From a virus: a stretch of 64,000 nucleotides of DNA. The notes below the pieces were generated by a model. It was not told where the DNA came from, searched no databases, and saw nothing but the letters and a program-made list of their open reading frames with translations. This document shows positions 27,240 to 36,757 of this stretch, piece after piece; position 1 is the first letter of the stretch; the number at the start of each line of letters is the position of its first letter. The position numbers and the translations under genes were made by a program. Where the stretch lies: positions 17,628-81,627 of the IMG/VR virus record IMGVR_UViG_3300046780_000484. One strand, given 5' to 3'.

Positions 27240-28808
27240 TTACGGCAGGTTGATCCCCGCGAGCATGAACGTCGCTGACGCCGCCGAGGAGCTGATCGAC
27301 GACTTGATAGCGAACGTGACCTGCCTGACGATCCGCCCGTCCCCGCCGGACAGCAGCTGGCATGTCGCGTTGACCGACAGGCTGTTCGTCCCGTTGCTGC
27401 TGGCGGTGGTCAGCGTCTGCGTGTTCGTTGTGTTATCCGAATACGTGGTCACGCTCTGCACGGTGACCGTCTCGGTGGCCAGCCCGGAGGTCGTCCACTC
27501 CACCAGCAGCGGCGCGAAACCGGTGAACCCCGCCTCCGCCGCCAGGGTGACCACGGACCCGTAGGTGCCCAGCGTCGCCGACGGGGTGGCCGAGGCGGAC
27601 ACCTGCCGGTAGATCGTCAGGATCCCGGTCAGCTGGGACGGCTGGAACGGCGACGAGTACACCGCGGACGCCGCCCCGGTCCAGTTCGACGCGTGGTTGG
27701 CGCCGATGACGGTGACCCCGGTCGTGCCGCCTGTGAACGAGACCAGGGTGTTGCAGTTCTCCACCCGCGGGTTCAGGAACGTCAGGGACTGCTGGGTGGT
27801 GGTGATCAGGTACCCGGTGTCGAACCCCTCATAGGACGGGTTCAGGAACGTGCTGGTGGACGCCTTCGAGTCGACCCACAGGCCCGCCGACCCGGCCACG
27901 ACCGGGCTGTTGCCGTACCCGTAGCAGAACGAGTACGTGGTGTCGGTGACCCACCGGTAGATGTGCAGCGCGTAGTAAATGTTGCTCGAGGTGACGTTGG
28001 AGACGTACCCGTTCCCCGCGAACGTCCCCGCGCCGAGCGCGCCCTCATCGCCGCCGTCGATCAGCAGCCCCTCGTACAGCAGGGTGAAGTGGATGTCCTC
28101 GACGTGGAAGAACAGGCAGTTCAGGATCTTGACGCCGACCTGGGTGCCGAATCCGCCGGTTCCGTTGCCGCCGGACTGGCCGCTGATCGTGAACCCGGAG
28201 AATTTCCCCATCATGTTCGGCGGGTTCGCCCCGCCGGTCAGCGACCCGTTGAAGAAGCACCAGGTGGACACACCGCGGTGGTTGAACGTGGTGGCGTTCT
28301 TGCCGTCGCCGAAGATCGACACGTTGAGCGGGACGTTGTGGCCGCCTGTGGTCTTGTACGTGCCGGCGGGGAAGTACACCACGCCGCCCGCCGCCGGCAA
28401 GGCGGCGATCGCGGTGGTAATCGCGCTGGTCGAGTCGGCGGTGCCCGTGGGGTCGGCGCCGAACTGGGTGACGGCGTTCACCCAGTCGACCCCGCGCAGC
28501 TGGGTGAGCGCGCCGGCCGTGGCGACCTGGTACACCGTGAACCCCGCTGCATGGGCTACCGGGGTGGTCGATTCCGCGCCCCGCGTGACCGTCCACGTCG
28601 TCCCGGACACGTTCGTGACCGCGATCATCTCGGACGGGGCGGAGGGATCCGCCACGTGGAACTGGCTTACGCCCGTGACCGCCGCAGGAAACCCTGCCGG
28701 TGACACGACCGTCCACGACTCCGAGGTGCCCCCGGCGGGGGCGGTCGTGCCGCCCGAGGAAACGACGGTGGTCGCCCGGTTGGTGGTGAAAAGCTCGGTG
28801 CCGCTCAA
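27240..28808 (-). CDS. tailspike-like pectate-lyase beta-helix protein
   Basis: VNAVTQFGADPTGTADSTSAITTAIAAL...GGVVYFPAGTY; N-terminus shared with 48692-52303. Confidence 0.8.
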   Translation of the reverse strand: MSGTELFTTNRATTVVSSGGTTAPAGGTSESWTVVSPAGFPAAVTGVSQFHVADPSAPSEMIAVTNVSGTTWTVTRGAESTTPVAHAAGFTVYQVATAGALTQLRGVDWVNAVTQFGADPTGTADSTSAITTAIAALPAAGGVVYFPAGTYKTTGGHNVPLNVSIFGDGKNATTFNHRGVSTWCFFNGSLTGGANPPNMMGKFSGFTISGQSGGNGTGGFGTQVGVKILNCLFFHVEDIHFTLLYEGLLIDGGDEGALGAGTFAGNGYVSNVTSSNIYYALHIYRWVTDTTYSFCYGYGNSPVVAGSAGLWVDSKASTSTFLNPSYEGFDTGYLITTTQQSLTFLNPRVENCNTLVSFTGGTTGVTVIGANHASNWTGAASAVYSSPFQPSQLTGILTIYRQVSASATPSATLGTYGSVVTLAAEAGFTGFAPLLVEWTTSGLATETVTVQSVTTYSDNTTNTQTLTTASSNGTNSLSVNATCQLLSGGDGRIVRQVTFAIKSSISSSAASATFMLAGINLP

Positions 28809-28809
28809 C

Positions 28810-29076
28810 TCACGTCCCCTCGGCCGTCCACCGGCCGTCAGTGGGGAGCGCGGCCACGTTCACCTGTCCGCTGGCCGGCATGATGTCGTACTCGGCACCG
28901 GGCTGGGCGACGAGCGTGTGCTGCGCCTGCAGGTCCAGGTACTGGGGATAGGTGAGCACCTCGTTGCCCGTGAAAAGGGCGAACAGGTCCGCGCTGGCGG
29001 CAAGGGTGTCCCCGGGCCATGCCGACCCGAGCTGTATGGCACCGGGCACGGCGTAGGACCCCGGGTATGCGCTCAC
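28810..29076 (-). CDS. small virion-associated protein
   Basis: AYPGSYAVPGA...WPGDTLA shared with 48020-48208. Confidence 0.6.
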   Translation of the reverse strand: MSAYPGSYAVPGAIQLGSAWPGDTLAASADLFALFTGNEVLTYPQYLDLQAQHTLVAQPGAEYDIMPASGQVNVAALPTDGRWTAEGT

Positions 29077-29087
29077 AGGCCTCCCTG

Positions 29088-29429
29088 TCAGGGCGTGTAG
29101 GGGCCGTCGGGCAGGTCCCTGGGCATCTCCGCCTCGGACGCCGTGTCGTGCCCGCACTTGGGGCAGGTCAGCGACCAGCGGTTCCAGACGCGGCGGCAGG
29201 GCTTGCACCAGCGGCCGTCGTTCTTGCGGACGGTGAAGAACTTCTCTGGGCCGGCGTCCACGAGTCCGGCGGAGGCGTAGTCCTGGCCCCGCAGCTTCTG
29301 GAGCGCCCTCGCGCCGACAGGATCGGTGTCGTCGATGTTGACGAAGGACCCCGCGCCGCGCTCGGCCATGTACTTGCGGTCGCCGTCAGCGAAGCCGGCG
29401 CAGCCGGGGGGAAGTTGAACCCTAGGCAT
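29088..29429 (-). CDS. zinc-ribbon hypothetical protein
   Basis: CKPC...CPKCG. Confidence 0.6.
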   Translation of the reverse strand: MPRVQLPPGCAGFADGDRKYMAERGAGSFVNIDDTDPVGARALQKLRGQDYASAGLVDAGPEKFFTVRKNDGRWCKPCRRVWNRWSLTCPKCGHDTASEAEMPRDLPDGPYTP

Positions 29430-29602
29430 CCGCTGCAGCCTTCTCCCGCGCCCTGATACCGAGTTCGACCTGCATGTGAAGCACTCTCAGTTCCCGGAGG
29501 ATGTCATCTCCGCACTGGCGGGTGAAGTTGTGTCCCCTGATGCGGCTCGTCAGGACTTGCAGGTCCTTCAGGAAGCGTTCCGCGTCCCGGTCATTCATGA
29601 AG

Positions 29603-29875
29603 TCACCCGCCCGTACTCACGACGTAGTGGATGGCCACCGTGGTGGCCGCCGTGCCGACCGTGCCGTAGATCTGGGCGCCGCGGCTGCCGGAGAAGCACT
29701 GGAACGTAACGGGGGTCGTGGGGACCGACATGCCGCTCACCGTGCTCATGGTCGTGGACAGGCCCGCGTAGACGACCCCGGTGGGGGCGTACATCGTGAC
29801 CGCGCAGGGGCCCGGGGGGACCTGGAAGATCGCGATCGTCCCGCTGACCGCCCACTGTCCCATCTCAAGCGCCAC
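29603..29875 (-). CDS. small beta-rich virion protein
   Basis: GGAGG RBS; composition like 34301-34822 and 34855-35160. Confidence 0.55.
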   Translation of the reverse strand: MALEMGQWAVSGTIAIFQVPPGPCAVTMYAPTGVVYAGLSTTMSTVSGMSVPTTPVTFQCFSGSRGAQIYGTVGTAATTVAIHYVVSTGG

Positions 29876-29910
29876 ACGGCCTCCTCGGGATCGTCTGCGA
29901 TGATGGAGAG

Positions 29911-30069
29911 ATGAGCAAAAAGGACCGCGCAGATGAGGACCGCGTGCTGGCGAAGCTCAGTCCCGGCTACGTCTCCCTCGACGGCGAGGAATGGCACGAG
30001 GTACCCGAAGGCATGACCGGCCCGGAGTTCCTTCTGTCGTTGCTGAAGTCGTCAGGCAACGCGGGATAG
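29911..30069 (+). CDS. small hypothetical protein, counter-oriented
   Basis: GATGAT-6nt-ATG; 52 aa. Confidence 0.45.
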   Translation: MSKKDRADEDRVLAKLSPGYVSLDGEEWHEVPEGMTGPEFLLSLLKSSGNAG

Positions 30070-30756
30070 CACCCAGTCCACGTCCCGCGAGAACCGGCGG
30101 CGGAGCCGGGCCACCTCGTACGGCATCCGGTCCGCCTGCCACTCCCGGAACGCCTTCAGGTCGGTCTCGCCGTGCGCTGCCTCGGCTTCCCGGTACGTCT
30201 CGTCATGGACGGTCTCCGCGCACACCTGCCAGTGCCGGTGCTCGATCACCGCTTCGGGGCAGAACCGGATCAGCCCGGCCCGCTTCCCGAGCTCAGCCCA
30301 GGCGTTATCACAGTAGAAGTGGGCCAGGGAGGGCTCGGCGAAGTGGCCGAGTTCCCGCACCCAGTCCGACGAGATCAGCGGATGCTCGGGCACGTCGTAA
30401 CGCCGCTTCCCGTCGGGGAACACGATCCCCGTCCCGCCCAGGTCCTCCAGCGTCCCCAGCAGCAGCTCGTCCCAGCCGGGGGTGATGAACACCAGGTCGT
30501 CGGCGGCGAGGAACAGGGCGTCGTAGGCCCCGGCCAGGACGGAGGCCGCCGCGTTGACCGCGGTGATCAGGTTCCCCCGGGTCGCCGTGATCTTGTCCGC
30601 GTCGGTGATGCCCGCGTACGAGTCCTCGTCGTCGTCGTCGATGACCAGGATCAGGTCCGTGGTGTCCAGTGCTTTCGTCTCGCGGAACGAGTCGATGCAC
30701 CGCCGGGCCATCTCCGGGCGCTTTCGGGTGGGGAGCATGACGCACAGGTCTGTCAC
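30052..30756 (-). CDS. GT2-family glycosyltransferase
   Basis: VMLPTRKRP, ILVIDDDD, FLAADD, HFYCDN, IEHRH motifs. Confidence 0.88.
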   Translation of the reverse strand: MTDLCVMLPTRKRPEMARRCIDSFRETKALDTTDLILVIDDDDEDSYAGITDADKITATRGNLITAVNAAASVLAGAYDALFLAADDLVFITPGWDELLLGTLEDLGGTGIVFPDGKRRYDVPEHPLISSDWVRELGHFAEPSLAHFYCDNAWAELGKRAGLIRFCPEAVIEHRHWQVCAETVHDETYREAEAAHGETDLKAFREWQADRMPYEVARLRRRFSRDVDWVLSRVA

Positions 30757-30979
30757 CGCTTGATGACCTTTCCCATCAGTTCATAGAGCGCGAGGAATTC
30801 TTCATCCCGCAGGGTTAGGGCGTTCTTCCACTCGCCATGCCAGCACCAGTTGATGTCCACGGCGTCGGTGCCCGAATCGCCGCAGGTGCGGCAACTCCAG
30901 TCCGCGTGGGTCGTCATGACCTGGAAGAGGCCTTCGGTAAGGTTCTGGCTGCGGACGACTTCCCCGGGGCGGTCATCAC

Positions 30980-31333
30980 TCATGTGAGGATCGGCACCTC
31001 AAGCCGCCGGGTGTCCGTCTCGTACGCCTCGCCGGAGCGCGGGCCGCGCGTGAAGACGAGGACCGTGCAGTCGGTCTCGGCCCGCCAGGCGTGCGGGATC
31101 CCCGCCGGCTCGGTGATCAGGGAACCGGGGCCGTAGGTCTTCTCGTGCACCCCGTCGTCCTCGATCCAGGCGGCGGTCAGCCGGCCTGAGCAGACGTACG
31201 TGTACTGCGTAGTCGCCAGGTGAATGTGGTTACCCCGGACCGACCCGGCCTTCGTGGAGATCTCCGTCACGGCGTCGACAGGGCCCAGCAGGTCCTGGAT
31301 GACGCCCCGGTGATCCTCGAAACGGTCAGCCAT
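30980..31333 (-). CDS. cupin, NDP-sugar epimerase/isomerase-like
   Basis: FEDHRGVI, GSVRGNHIH, PAGIPHAW. Confidence 0.8.
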   Translation of the reverse strand: MADRFEDHRGVIQDLLGPVDAVTEISTKAGSVRGNHIHLATTQYTYVCSGRLTAAWIEDDGVHEKTYGPGSLITEPAGIPHAWRAETDCTVLVFTRGPRSGEAYETDTRRLEVPILT

Positions 31334-32480
31334 GCAGCACCTTCGGTTCCGGCAGCGGGGTGATGAAGACGCCCTGGTAGCCCTTGGCGCGGAGCGCGGG
31401 CACGATGTCTGCGGCGAGATGCCAGCTCAGTAGGAGCGCGGCGGGCGGCTGGTCGGCGATCAGCTTCGCCTCGTCCACCACCGGGATGGAAGTCCCCGGC
31501 AGGGTGAGCCCGATCTTGGCGGAGCCCGGGACCTCGCATACGCAGGCCAGGTAGCCCGCGATCCCGGCGTAGTGGATGAGGGGCGTGGCTCTCGTGGTCG
31601 CCCCGATGCCGTACACGGGGCCCTGCTGGGCGAACCCGTCCAGCATCACCCGCAGCGCCTTGGCGGCAGCCTGGGCGCGTTCCGCGACCTTTCCCGTCCG
31701 CTGCCTGAGCGCATAGACGCGGAACGACCCGCCGTGGGTGCCGATCTTCTGGACATCAGCGACGACGAGGCCGTGCATCTGCAGCAGCCGGGACATGGTG
31801 GAGATCGACCAGTAGCGGGCGTGCTCGTGGTACACGGTGTCGATCTGCAGGCCGTCCAGCACGGCGTTCACGTCATGGTTCTCGGTGACGAACACGCCGT
31901 CGTCAGCCAGCAGCCGCATGACGCCGGCCATGAAATCGTGGGCGCTGGGGACGTGAGCCAGCACGTTGCAGGCGGTGACCACCTTCGCCGGGCCGTACGT
32001 CTGCCGCAGCCGCTTCCCGGTGGCGTGGGTGAAGAACTCCTGGCAGACCTCGATGCCTTTCGCGGCGGCCTTGCCTGCCTGCCCGGTCGGTTCCACGCCG
32101 ACCACCTGCATGTCGGGCACCTCGCGGCGCACCGCATCGAGCAGCGTGCCGTCGTTGCAGCCTAGGTCCACGACGAGCTGGCCCGGCCCGGCGATCTCGC
32201 CGACTTCCCGTGCGAGGCCGGCGAAGTGGTCCCGCAGCGCCCTCGTGTTCCCGCTGCTGTACGAGTGGTCCTCGGCGAACACCTCGCGCGGCGGCGCGAT
32301 GTACGACAGCTGGACCAGCGTGCAGCTATTACAGGCGAGCAGCGCGAGGGGATATGTCTGGTCGCTGTCATACCGCTCAGGGAGGGGCTGATCGCCCATG
32401 TCCAGGACCGGCGCCAGGTCCCACGAGCCGCAGAGCCCGCAGGACGCGACCTTGCCGGGCAGCCCGGCGGGCAGGCTCAC
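31326..32480 (-). CDS. NDP-hexose C-methyltransferase (EryBIII/TylCIII-like)
   Basis: CGLCGS...DMGDQP, CNSCTLVQL, DLGCNDGTLL, NVLAHVP, DTVYHEH, THGGSFR, LLLSWH. Confidence 0.9.
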   Translation of the reverse strand: MSLPAGLPGKVASCGLCGSWDLAPVLDMGDQPLPERYDSDQTYPLALLACNSCTLVQLSYIAPPREVFAEDHSYSSGNTRALRDHFAGLAREVGEIAGPGQLVVDLGCNDGTLLDAVRREVPDMQVVGVEPTGQAGKAAAKGIEVCQEFFTHATGKRLRQTYGPAKVVTACNVLAHVPSAHDFMAGVMRLLADDGVFVTENHDVNAVLDGLQIDTVYHEHARYWSISTMSRLLQMHGLVVADVQKIGTHGGSFRVYALRQRTGKVAERAQAAAKALRVMLDGFAQQGPVYGIGATTRATPLIHYAGIAGYLACVCEVPGSAKIGLTLPGTSIPVVDEAKLIADQPPAALLLSWHLAADIVPALRAKGYQGVFITPLPEPKVLHG

Positions 32481-32812
32481 GTTCCCACCAGGATGCGCGT
32501 GTCGTTCCCGCGCTCATCCAGCCACGTGAACTCGCCCTCCCGGCCGACTGGGCGGTGCATCCGGCACCCGCAGCAGTAGGTGGCCCCGTAGAAAGACGGG
32601 TTGCGGGCGTAGGTCTCGCACAGCGCCTGACCCATCTTGGTGACCGCACCGCACTCCGGGTCGTGGTGGATGTATGAGCGGTACAGCGGCCGAACGAGGC
32701 CCTTCTTCCGGTCCTCCTCGGACAGTACGAGGTAGACGTCATGCTGGTCCCGCGGCTCCGTGTCGGCACCGTGACCGAGACGCGGGTCCTTTGGGTCGAT
32801 AGTCAGGCTCAC
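32477..32812 (-). CDS. hypothetical protein
   Basis: ETYARNPSFYGATYCCGC; translationally coupled. Confidence 0.65.
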   Translation of the reverse strand: MSLTIDPKDPRLGHGADTEPRDQHDVYLVLSEEDRKKGLVRPLYRSYIHHDPECGAVTKMGQALCETYARNPSFYGATYCCGCRMHRPVGREGEFTWLDERGNDTRILVGT

Positions 32813-32981
32813 GACTGCTCCTGGAGGCCGAAGACGCGGCCGATACCGAGGCGGACGGCAAGCTCGTAATTCCTAGCAGGCTCACCAGGTACGACGGCAC
32901 TCTCCAGGGACAGGCCGTCGCGTCGGCAGAGGGACTCAAGAATGTCCCGGATGAGGCTGTCCGCCGATTGCTCCGCCGCGC

Positions 32982-33335
32982 TCACGGCGGGAACCCCAAT
33001 TTCCGCATCGTCTCGCCGGCTTCCGGCATCCTCATGTGCAGGCCATCGCGGGTGCTGCGCCAGCCGGGATGCCGCTCCTCGTAGTCGTGGTCGAGCAGTC
33101 TCGCCTCGGCTTCCAGGGCGTTCTGCCATTCCTGCTGGGTGAACACGCCCTTCTTGACGAGAAGCCCCGTCAGGGCGCTCATCTCGGCGCGCAGCAGGAT
33201 CGTGATTTCCCGGTGGTCGGTCACGGCGCGAAACTCGCCATCAGTCGCCGGCTGGGTCCCGAGTTGCCAGCTAGCGAAGAACTTCCGCCACTTGCACAGC
33301 TTCTCCAGGGCTGCGCGCAGGCTGGACTCGCTCAT
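32982..33335 (-). CDS. hypothetical protein
   Basis: 117 aa, ATGA overlap with epimerase. Confidence 0.6.
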   Translation of the reverse strand: MSESSLRAALEKLCKWRKFFASWQLGTQPATDGEFRAVTDHREITILLRAEMSALTGLLVKKGVFTQQEWQNALEAEARLLDHDYEERHPGWRSTRDGLHMRMPEAGETMRKLGFPP

Positions 33336-34291
33336 CCGTGAGCCCGGTACCAGGCGACGGTGCGGGCGAGGCCCTCCGCGAACGGCATCTGCGGCCCGGG
33401 GTAGCCGAGCGCGGCGATCTTGGACGTATCGGGGAGGCGCCGCGGCGGAGCGCCCTTCGGCAGGGCACCGGGCACCACCTTCACAACCCTGCCGTACTCG
33501 GCGGCAACATCATGGGCCACGCTGGCGATGGTCCGCTCGTCCATGTTCCCGACGTGGTAGACGTTCGGCCCCTCAGGAGCCTTGTCCAGCAGCAGGGTCA
33601 GCTGGTCAACGCAATCACCGACCCAGACGAAACTGCGCGTCTCAAGGCCGGTGCCCTGGATCGGGAATTCGATGACCCCCTCGGGCTGCGCCGCGGCGAG
33701 CTTGTTCATCCGCAGGCAGAACATCGGGATCACGTGGTCGGCGCCGGCGTCGGGCCCGAAGCAGTTGTGCGGCCGGGCAATAACGAGCCGGTCCAGCACC
33801 CCCGTCCGCGCCCACGCCATCGCCATCAGCTCGCAGGCGATCTTCCCGCCGCCGTAGGAATACCGGGGGTTGCGCACATCCGGCACCGTCAGCGGGACCG
33901 TCTCCGGCGTCGGCACTACCAGGGCGACCTGGTATGCCTCCGACGAGGACACCAGCAGCATGTCCCCGCAGCCGGTCTGCTCGCACGCCTTCAGGACGTT
34001 CAGCATGCCCCGCACGGCCACGTCGAGGACCTGCCGCGGCTCGGAGTAGAAGACGGCGGTGCCGTTGAGGTACGCAAGGTGCGCCACCGAGCCGCAGCCC
34101 TGCATCGCGGCCGTCACGGCGTCCGGGTCCCGGATGTCGCCTTCCATGACCTCGCAGGCCACGCCCCGCAGCCGCTCCGGATGGCCGCGGGACATGTCGT
34201 CCAGGACCCGGACCTCGTGGCCGTCCGCAGCTAGGCGGCGGACCAGGGCGCTGCCTATCACGCCCGCGCCGCCGGTTACGAGTATGCGCAT
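33332..34291 (-). CDS. NAD-dependent NDP-sugar epimerase/dehydratase (extended SDR)
   Basis: ILVTGGAGVIG, SSSEAY, YGGGK (YxxxK), RPHNCFGP. Confidence 0.92.
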   Translation of the reverse strand: MRILVTGGAGVIGSALVRRLAADGHEVRVLDDMSRGHPERLRGVACEVMEGDIRDPDAVTAAMQGCGSVAHLAYLNGTAVFYSEPRQVLDVAVRGMLNVLKACEQTGCGDMLLVSSSEAYQVALVVPTPETVPLTVPDVRNPRYSYGGGKIACELMAMAWARTGVLDRLVIARPHNCFGPDAGADHVIPMFCLRMNKLAAAQPEGVIEFPIQGTGLETRSFVWVGDCVDQLTLLLDKAPEGPNVYHVGNMDERTIASVAHDVAAEYGRVVKVVPGALPKGAPPRRLPDTSKIAALGYPGPQMPFAEGLARTVAWYRAHG

Positions 34292-34300
34292 TCGCGGCTC

Positions 34301-34822
34301 CTAAACCACGCCGCCGATGACCTGCACCTGGCCGGGCAGCGCCGTAGCCGTGTAGATCACCCCGGACCCGACGTGATCCTGCACCAGGGGGTTGGCGAAC
34401 GTGATCTGCGACGAGGCGGTGGTCGAGTTCACGACCTGCGCCTCCCAGCCGGTGCCCGTCGTGGCCCCGACGACGATCGTCGTGCCCGCCGCGAGGCCGG
34501 TCGGCACCGTGGTAGTCAGGGTGATCGCGGTCGTCCCGACCGTCACCGCCGTCGAGCTCATCGTCCCGGCCGCGGCGAGGCCGCCGACCCCCGACAGGGC
34601 GTAAACGGCGCCGGTCAGCCCGATCACCTCGACGGTCTTGCTGTTCGGCGGGATGATCAGCCCGTTGTTCTGGGTGACCTGCGACCCGCCGATGTACACC
34701 GGGTTCCGCGACGTGTTCGTGACCCGCAGGACCGACACGGCCGACGAGTTCGGCGTGAACACCCACGTCGGCGTCACGGCCGGGTTCACGTTCGACGGCG
34801 AACCCGGGGGGATGTTCGGCAT
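34301..34822 (-). CDS. virion structural / capsid decoration-like protein
   Basis: Thr/Val/Gly-rich; VTNTSRNPVYIGGSQVT similar to next gene; downstream of capsid. Confidence 0.55.
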   Translation of the reverse strand: MPNIPPGSPSNVNPAVTPTWVFTPNSSAVSVLRVTNTSRNPVYIGGSQVTQNNGLIIPPNSKTVEVIGLTGAVYALSGVGGLAAAGTMSSTAVTVGTTAITLTTTVPTGLAAGTTIVVGATTGTGWEAQVVNSTTASSQITFANPLVQDHVGSGVIYTATALPGQVQVIGGVV

Positions 34823-34854
34823 CGGTGCCTCCTCTCCTCGCTGTCAGGGCTTGC

Positions 34855-35160
34855 CTAGGTGTAGTTGACGAGGGACCCGTAGCCGATCGAGACCGTGGAG
34901 GACCCGGCCCCGGTGCAGGCGGTGATCGGGGTCGACGCCGGCACCTGGCACTGGGTCAGGACCACGGTCCCGCCTGTCGGGATCCCGAAGCTGGCCACTG
35001 AGGTGGCGACGTTGGAGGCTCCCATCCCGATGAAGATGGTGGCCGTCCCGGAGTTGGTGACCACCAGGTCCCGCTTGTATCCGGCAGCGGTCGTGTAGAC
35101 CGTGCCCGCGGTGGTGGTGACGGCGGTGTTGTTGACGGCCCAGGCTGCGGCGATGGCCAC
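34855..35160 (-). CDS. virion structural / capsid decoration-like protein
   Basis: VTNSGTATIFIGMGASNV; AGGGAG RBS. Confidence 0.55.
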   Translation of the reverse strand: MAIAAAWAVNNTAVTTTAGTVYTTAAGYKRDLVVTNSGTATIFIGMGASNVATSVASFGIPTGGTVVLTQCQVPASTPITACTGAGSSTVSIGYGSLVNYT

Positions 35161-35228
35161 ACAGGCTCCCTTGCTGTTCGGTGAGTTGCGAGAGTTGCGC
35201 GGCAAGCGCGCCGCTATTCAGTTGTCGT

Positions 35229-35510
35229 TCAGTTGGTGAGGCCCAGGTTCGTGGTAGACCCAGCCGTACTCGTGCCGCTGGTAACCACGTAGTTCGGGTA
35301 GGTGACCGTTCCCGGGACCGTCCAGGTGTAGGGCTGCCAGTGGATGTGCATGCAGGTGCAGCCGTGGCAGTGGTGCGCGGCACGGTCGGCGCGGAGCTTC
35401 TCCACTTCGGCGCGCAGGTCACGGAGAGTGTCCGCTACCTCGCGGTCCTTCAGTTCGCGCACCGCCTCGGCCAGTTCGGCCACCTCATCGCGGATGCTCT
35501 TGTCGGACAT
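35229..35510 (-). CDS. hypothetical coiled-coil protein
   Basis: AAGGAG RBS; 93 aa. Confidence 0.6.
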   Translation of the reverse strand: MSDKSIRDEVAELAEAVRELKDREVADTLRDLRAEVEKLRADRAAHHCHGCTCMHIHWQPYTWTVPGTVTYPNYVVTSGTSTAGSTTNLGLTN

Positions 35511-35538
35511 CGGACTCCTTCTCTAGCCTGGAAACCGC

Positions 35539-35573
35539 GAAGGCCCGGGTGAATAGCTCTCATCCGGGCCTTC
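35539..35573 (-). terminator. hairpin terminator after capsid/LAGLIDADG
   Basis: GAAGGCCCGG...CCGGGCCTTC inverted repeat. Confidence 0.6.
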
Positions 35574-35587
35574 CTGCGTGCTGACGG

Positions 35588-36718
35588 TCAGAACAGGGTG
35601 GCGGCCAGAGGCTTCCCGTGGACGGCGAGGTCAGCCAGGGCCTTTTTGCGGGCGAGGGCGACCGGAGCGTCATCGTAGAGGGCAGCAAGGAGGCGCAGGA
35701 CGCGCACGGTCCCGCCCACCTGCACGCACCACGTCGTCGTGCTCGGCTTCTTCGGGGTGGCGTGCACGTTAGTGCCGATGAGCGCGTTGACCCAGGCCTC
35801 ATATGCCTTCGCCACGGATTCGCTACCGGTCAGTTGCGTGAAGACGCCGCGCTCGTTGATGGTGATGCTGCCATCCCCGTCGACCAGTCCGCGCCAGTAG
35901 TGCGGCATCAGGACGGCAGGGCCATCCCAGGGCTCAAGCACATCCGTCTTGCGGCGAATAATGCCGTTGTTCACCAGGGCTTTAGCCAGCGGAGGCGAGC
36001 AGACGGCGAGCATTGAGACGGGAACCATCTTCCCGTAGGACTCTTCCTCGAAATCGCGGATCGGACGCCGGGCCTTCAGTGACCCGTGAAGCGTTACGAG
36101 GTGGTCCCGGTCCTTGCGGGCCAACTTGACCTGAAGACGCAAGTACTCCCGGGTCCCCCTGGTGAATCCCGTTACGCATCCGTCTGCGCCAAGGAAGCCG
36201 AGCCAGTAGGCCTTGTCGGGGGTGTCGATCTGGTCGAAGTAGCCGGGGTTGTCGCAGGCGATCCGCTCCCTGCGCCCGATGCCCAGTTCTTCCAGCACGT
36301 TGTAGACGCTGGATGAATGGCAGCCGAGCACGCGCCCGATCTCCGGGGCATCCATGCCGCTCTCGTACAGGCCGGGGACGCGTTCGCGGAGTTCATCGGC
36401 GAGCCGGTGCGGCTTCCGGTCTGGCACGCTGCCATGACGGCGCAGCACCGCTGTGATGGTGTGCTCAGTACGCCCCGACCTGCTGACGATCTCAGTAAGC
36501 GGCACGCCGTCTGCGTACAACTGGAGGATCTTCGCCTCATCCTCGGGCGAGGTCCGGGTGTTGAGTTGCCCACGGTCGGCAGCAACGCCCTCCTTGCGAA
36601 GGGCGTTGCCGACCGTGTACGCGCTGAAGCCGGTTTCATCGGCAATCTCTTGCCATTTCATCCCGGCCTGATACATGGCGGCGATACGCCGCCGGTCCTC
36701 TGGAGTAGTGCGTCTCAT
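35588..36718 (-). CDS. LAGLIDADG homing endonuclease with three N-terminal HTH repeats
   Basis: AYWLGFLGADGCV and HYWRGLVDGDGSI motifs; repeated HTH segments. Confidence 0.92.
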   Translation of the reverse strand: MRRTTPEDRRRIAAMYQAGMKWQEIADETGFSAYTVGNALRKEGVAADRGQLNTRTSPEDEAKILQLYADGVPLTEIVSRSGRTEHTITAVLRRHGSVPDRKPHRLADELRERVPGLYESGMDAPEIGRVLGCHSSSVYNVLEELGIGRRERIACDNPGYFDQIDTPDKAYWLGFLGADGCVTGFTRGTREYLRLQVKLARKDRDHLVTLHGSLKARRPIRDFEEESYGKMVPVSMLAVCSPPLAKALVNNGIIRRKTDVLEPWDGPAVLMPHYWRGLVDGDGSITINERGVFTQLTGSESVAKAYEAWVNALIGTNVHATPKKPSTTTWCVQVGGTVRVLRLLAALYDDAPVALARKKALADLAVHGKPLAATLF

Positions 36719-36757
36719 ACCTAAAGCTTAACACGTTTCAGGTATGAGACGTTGCGC

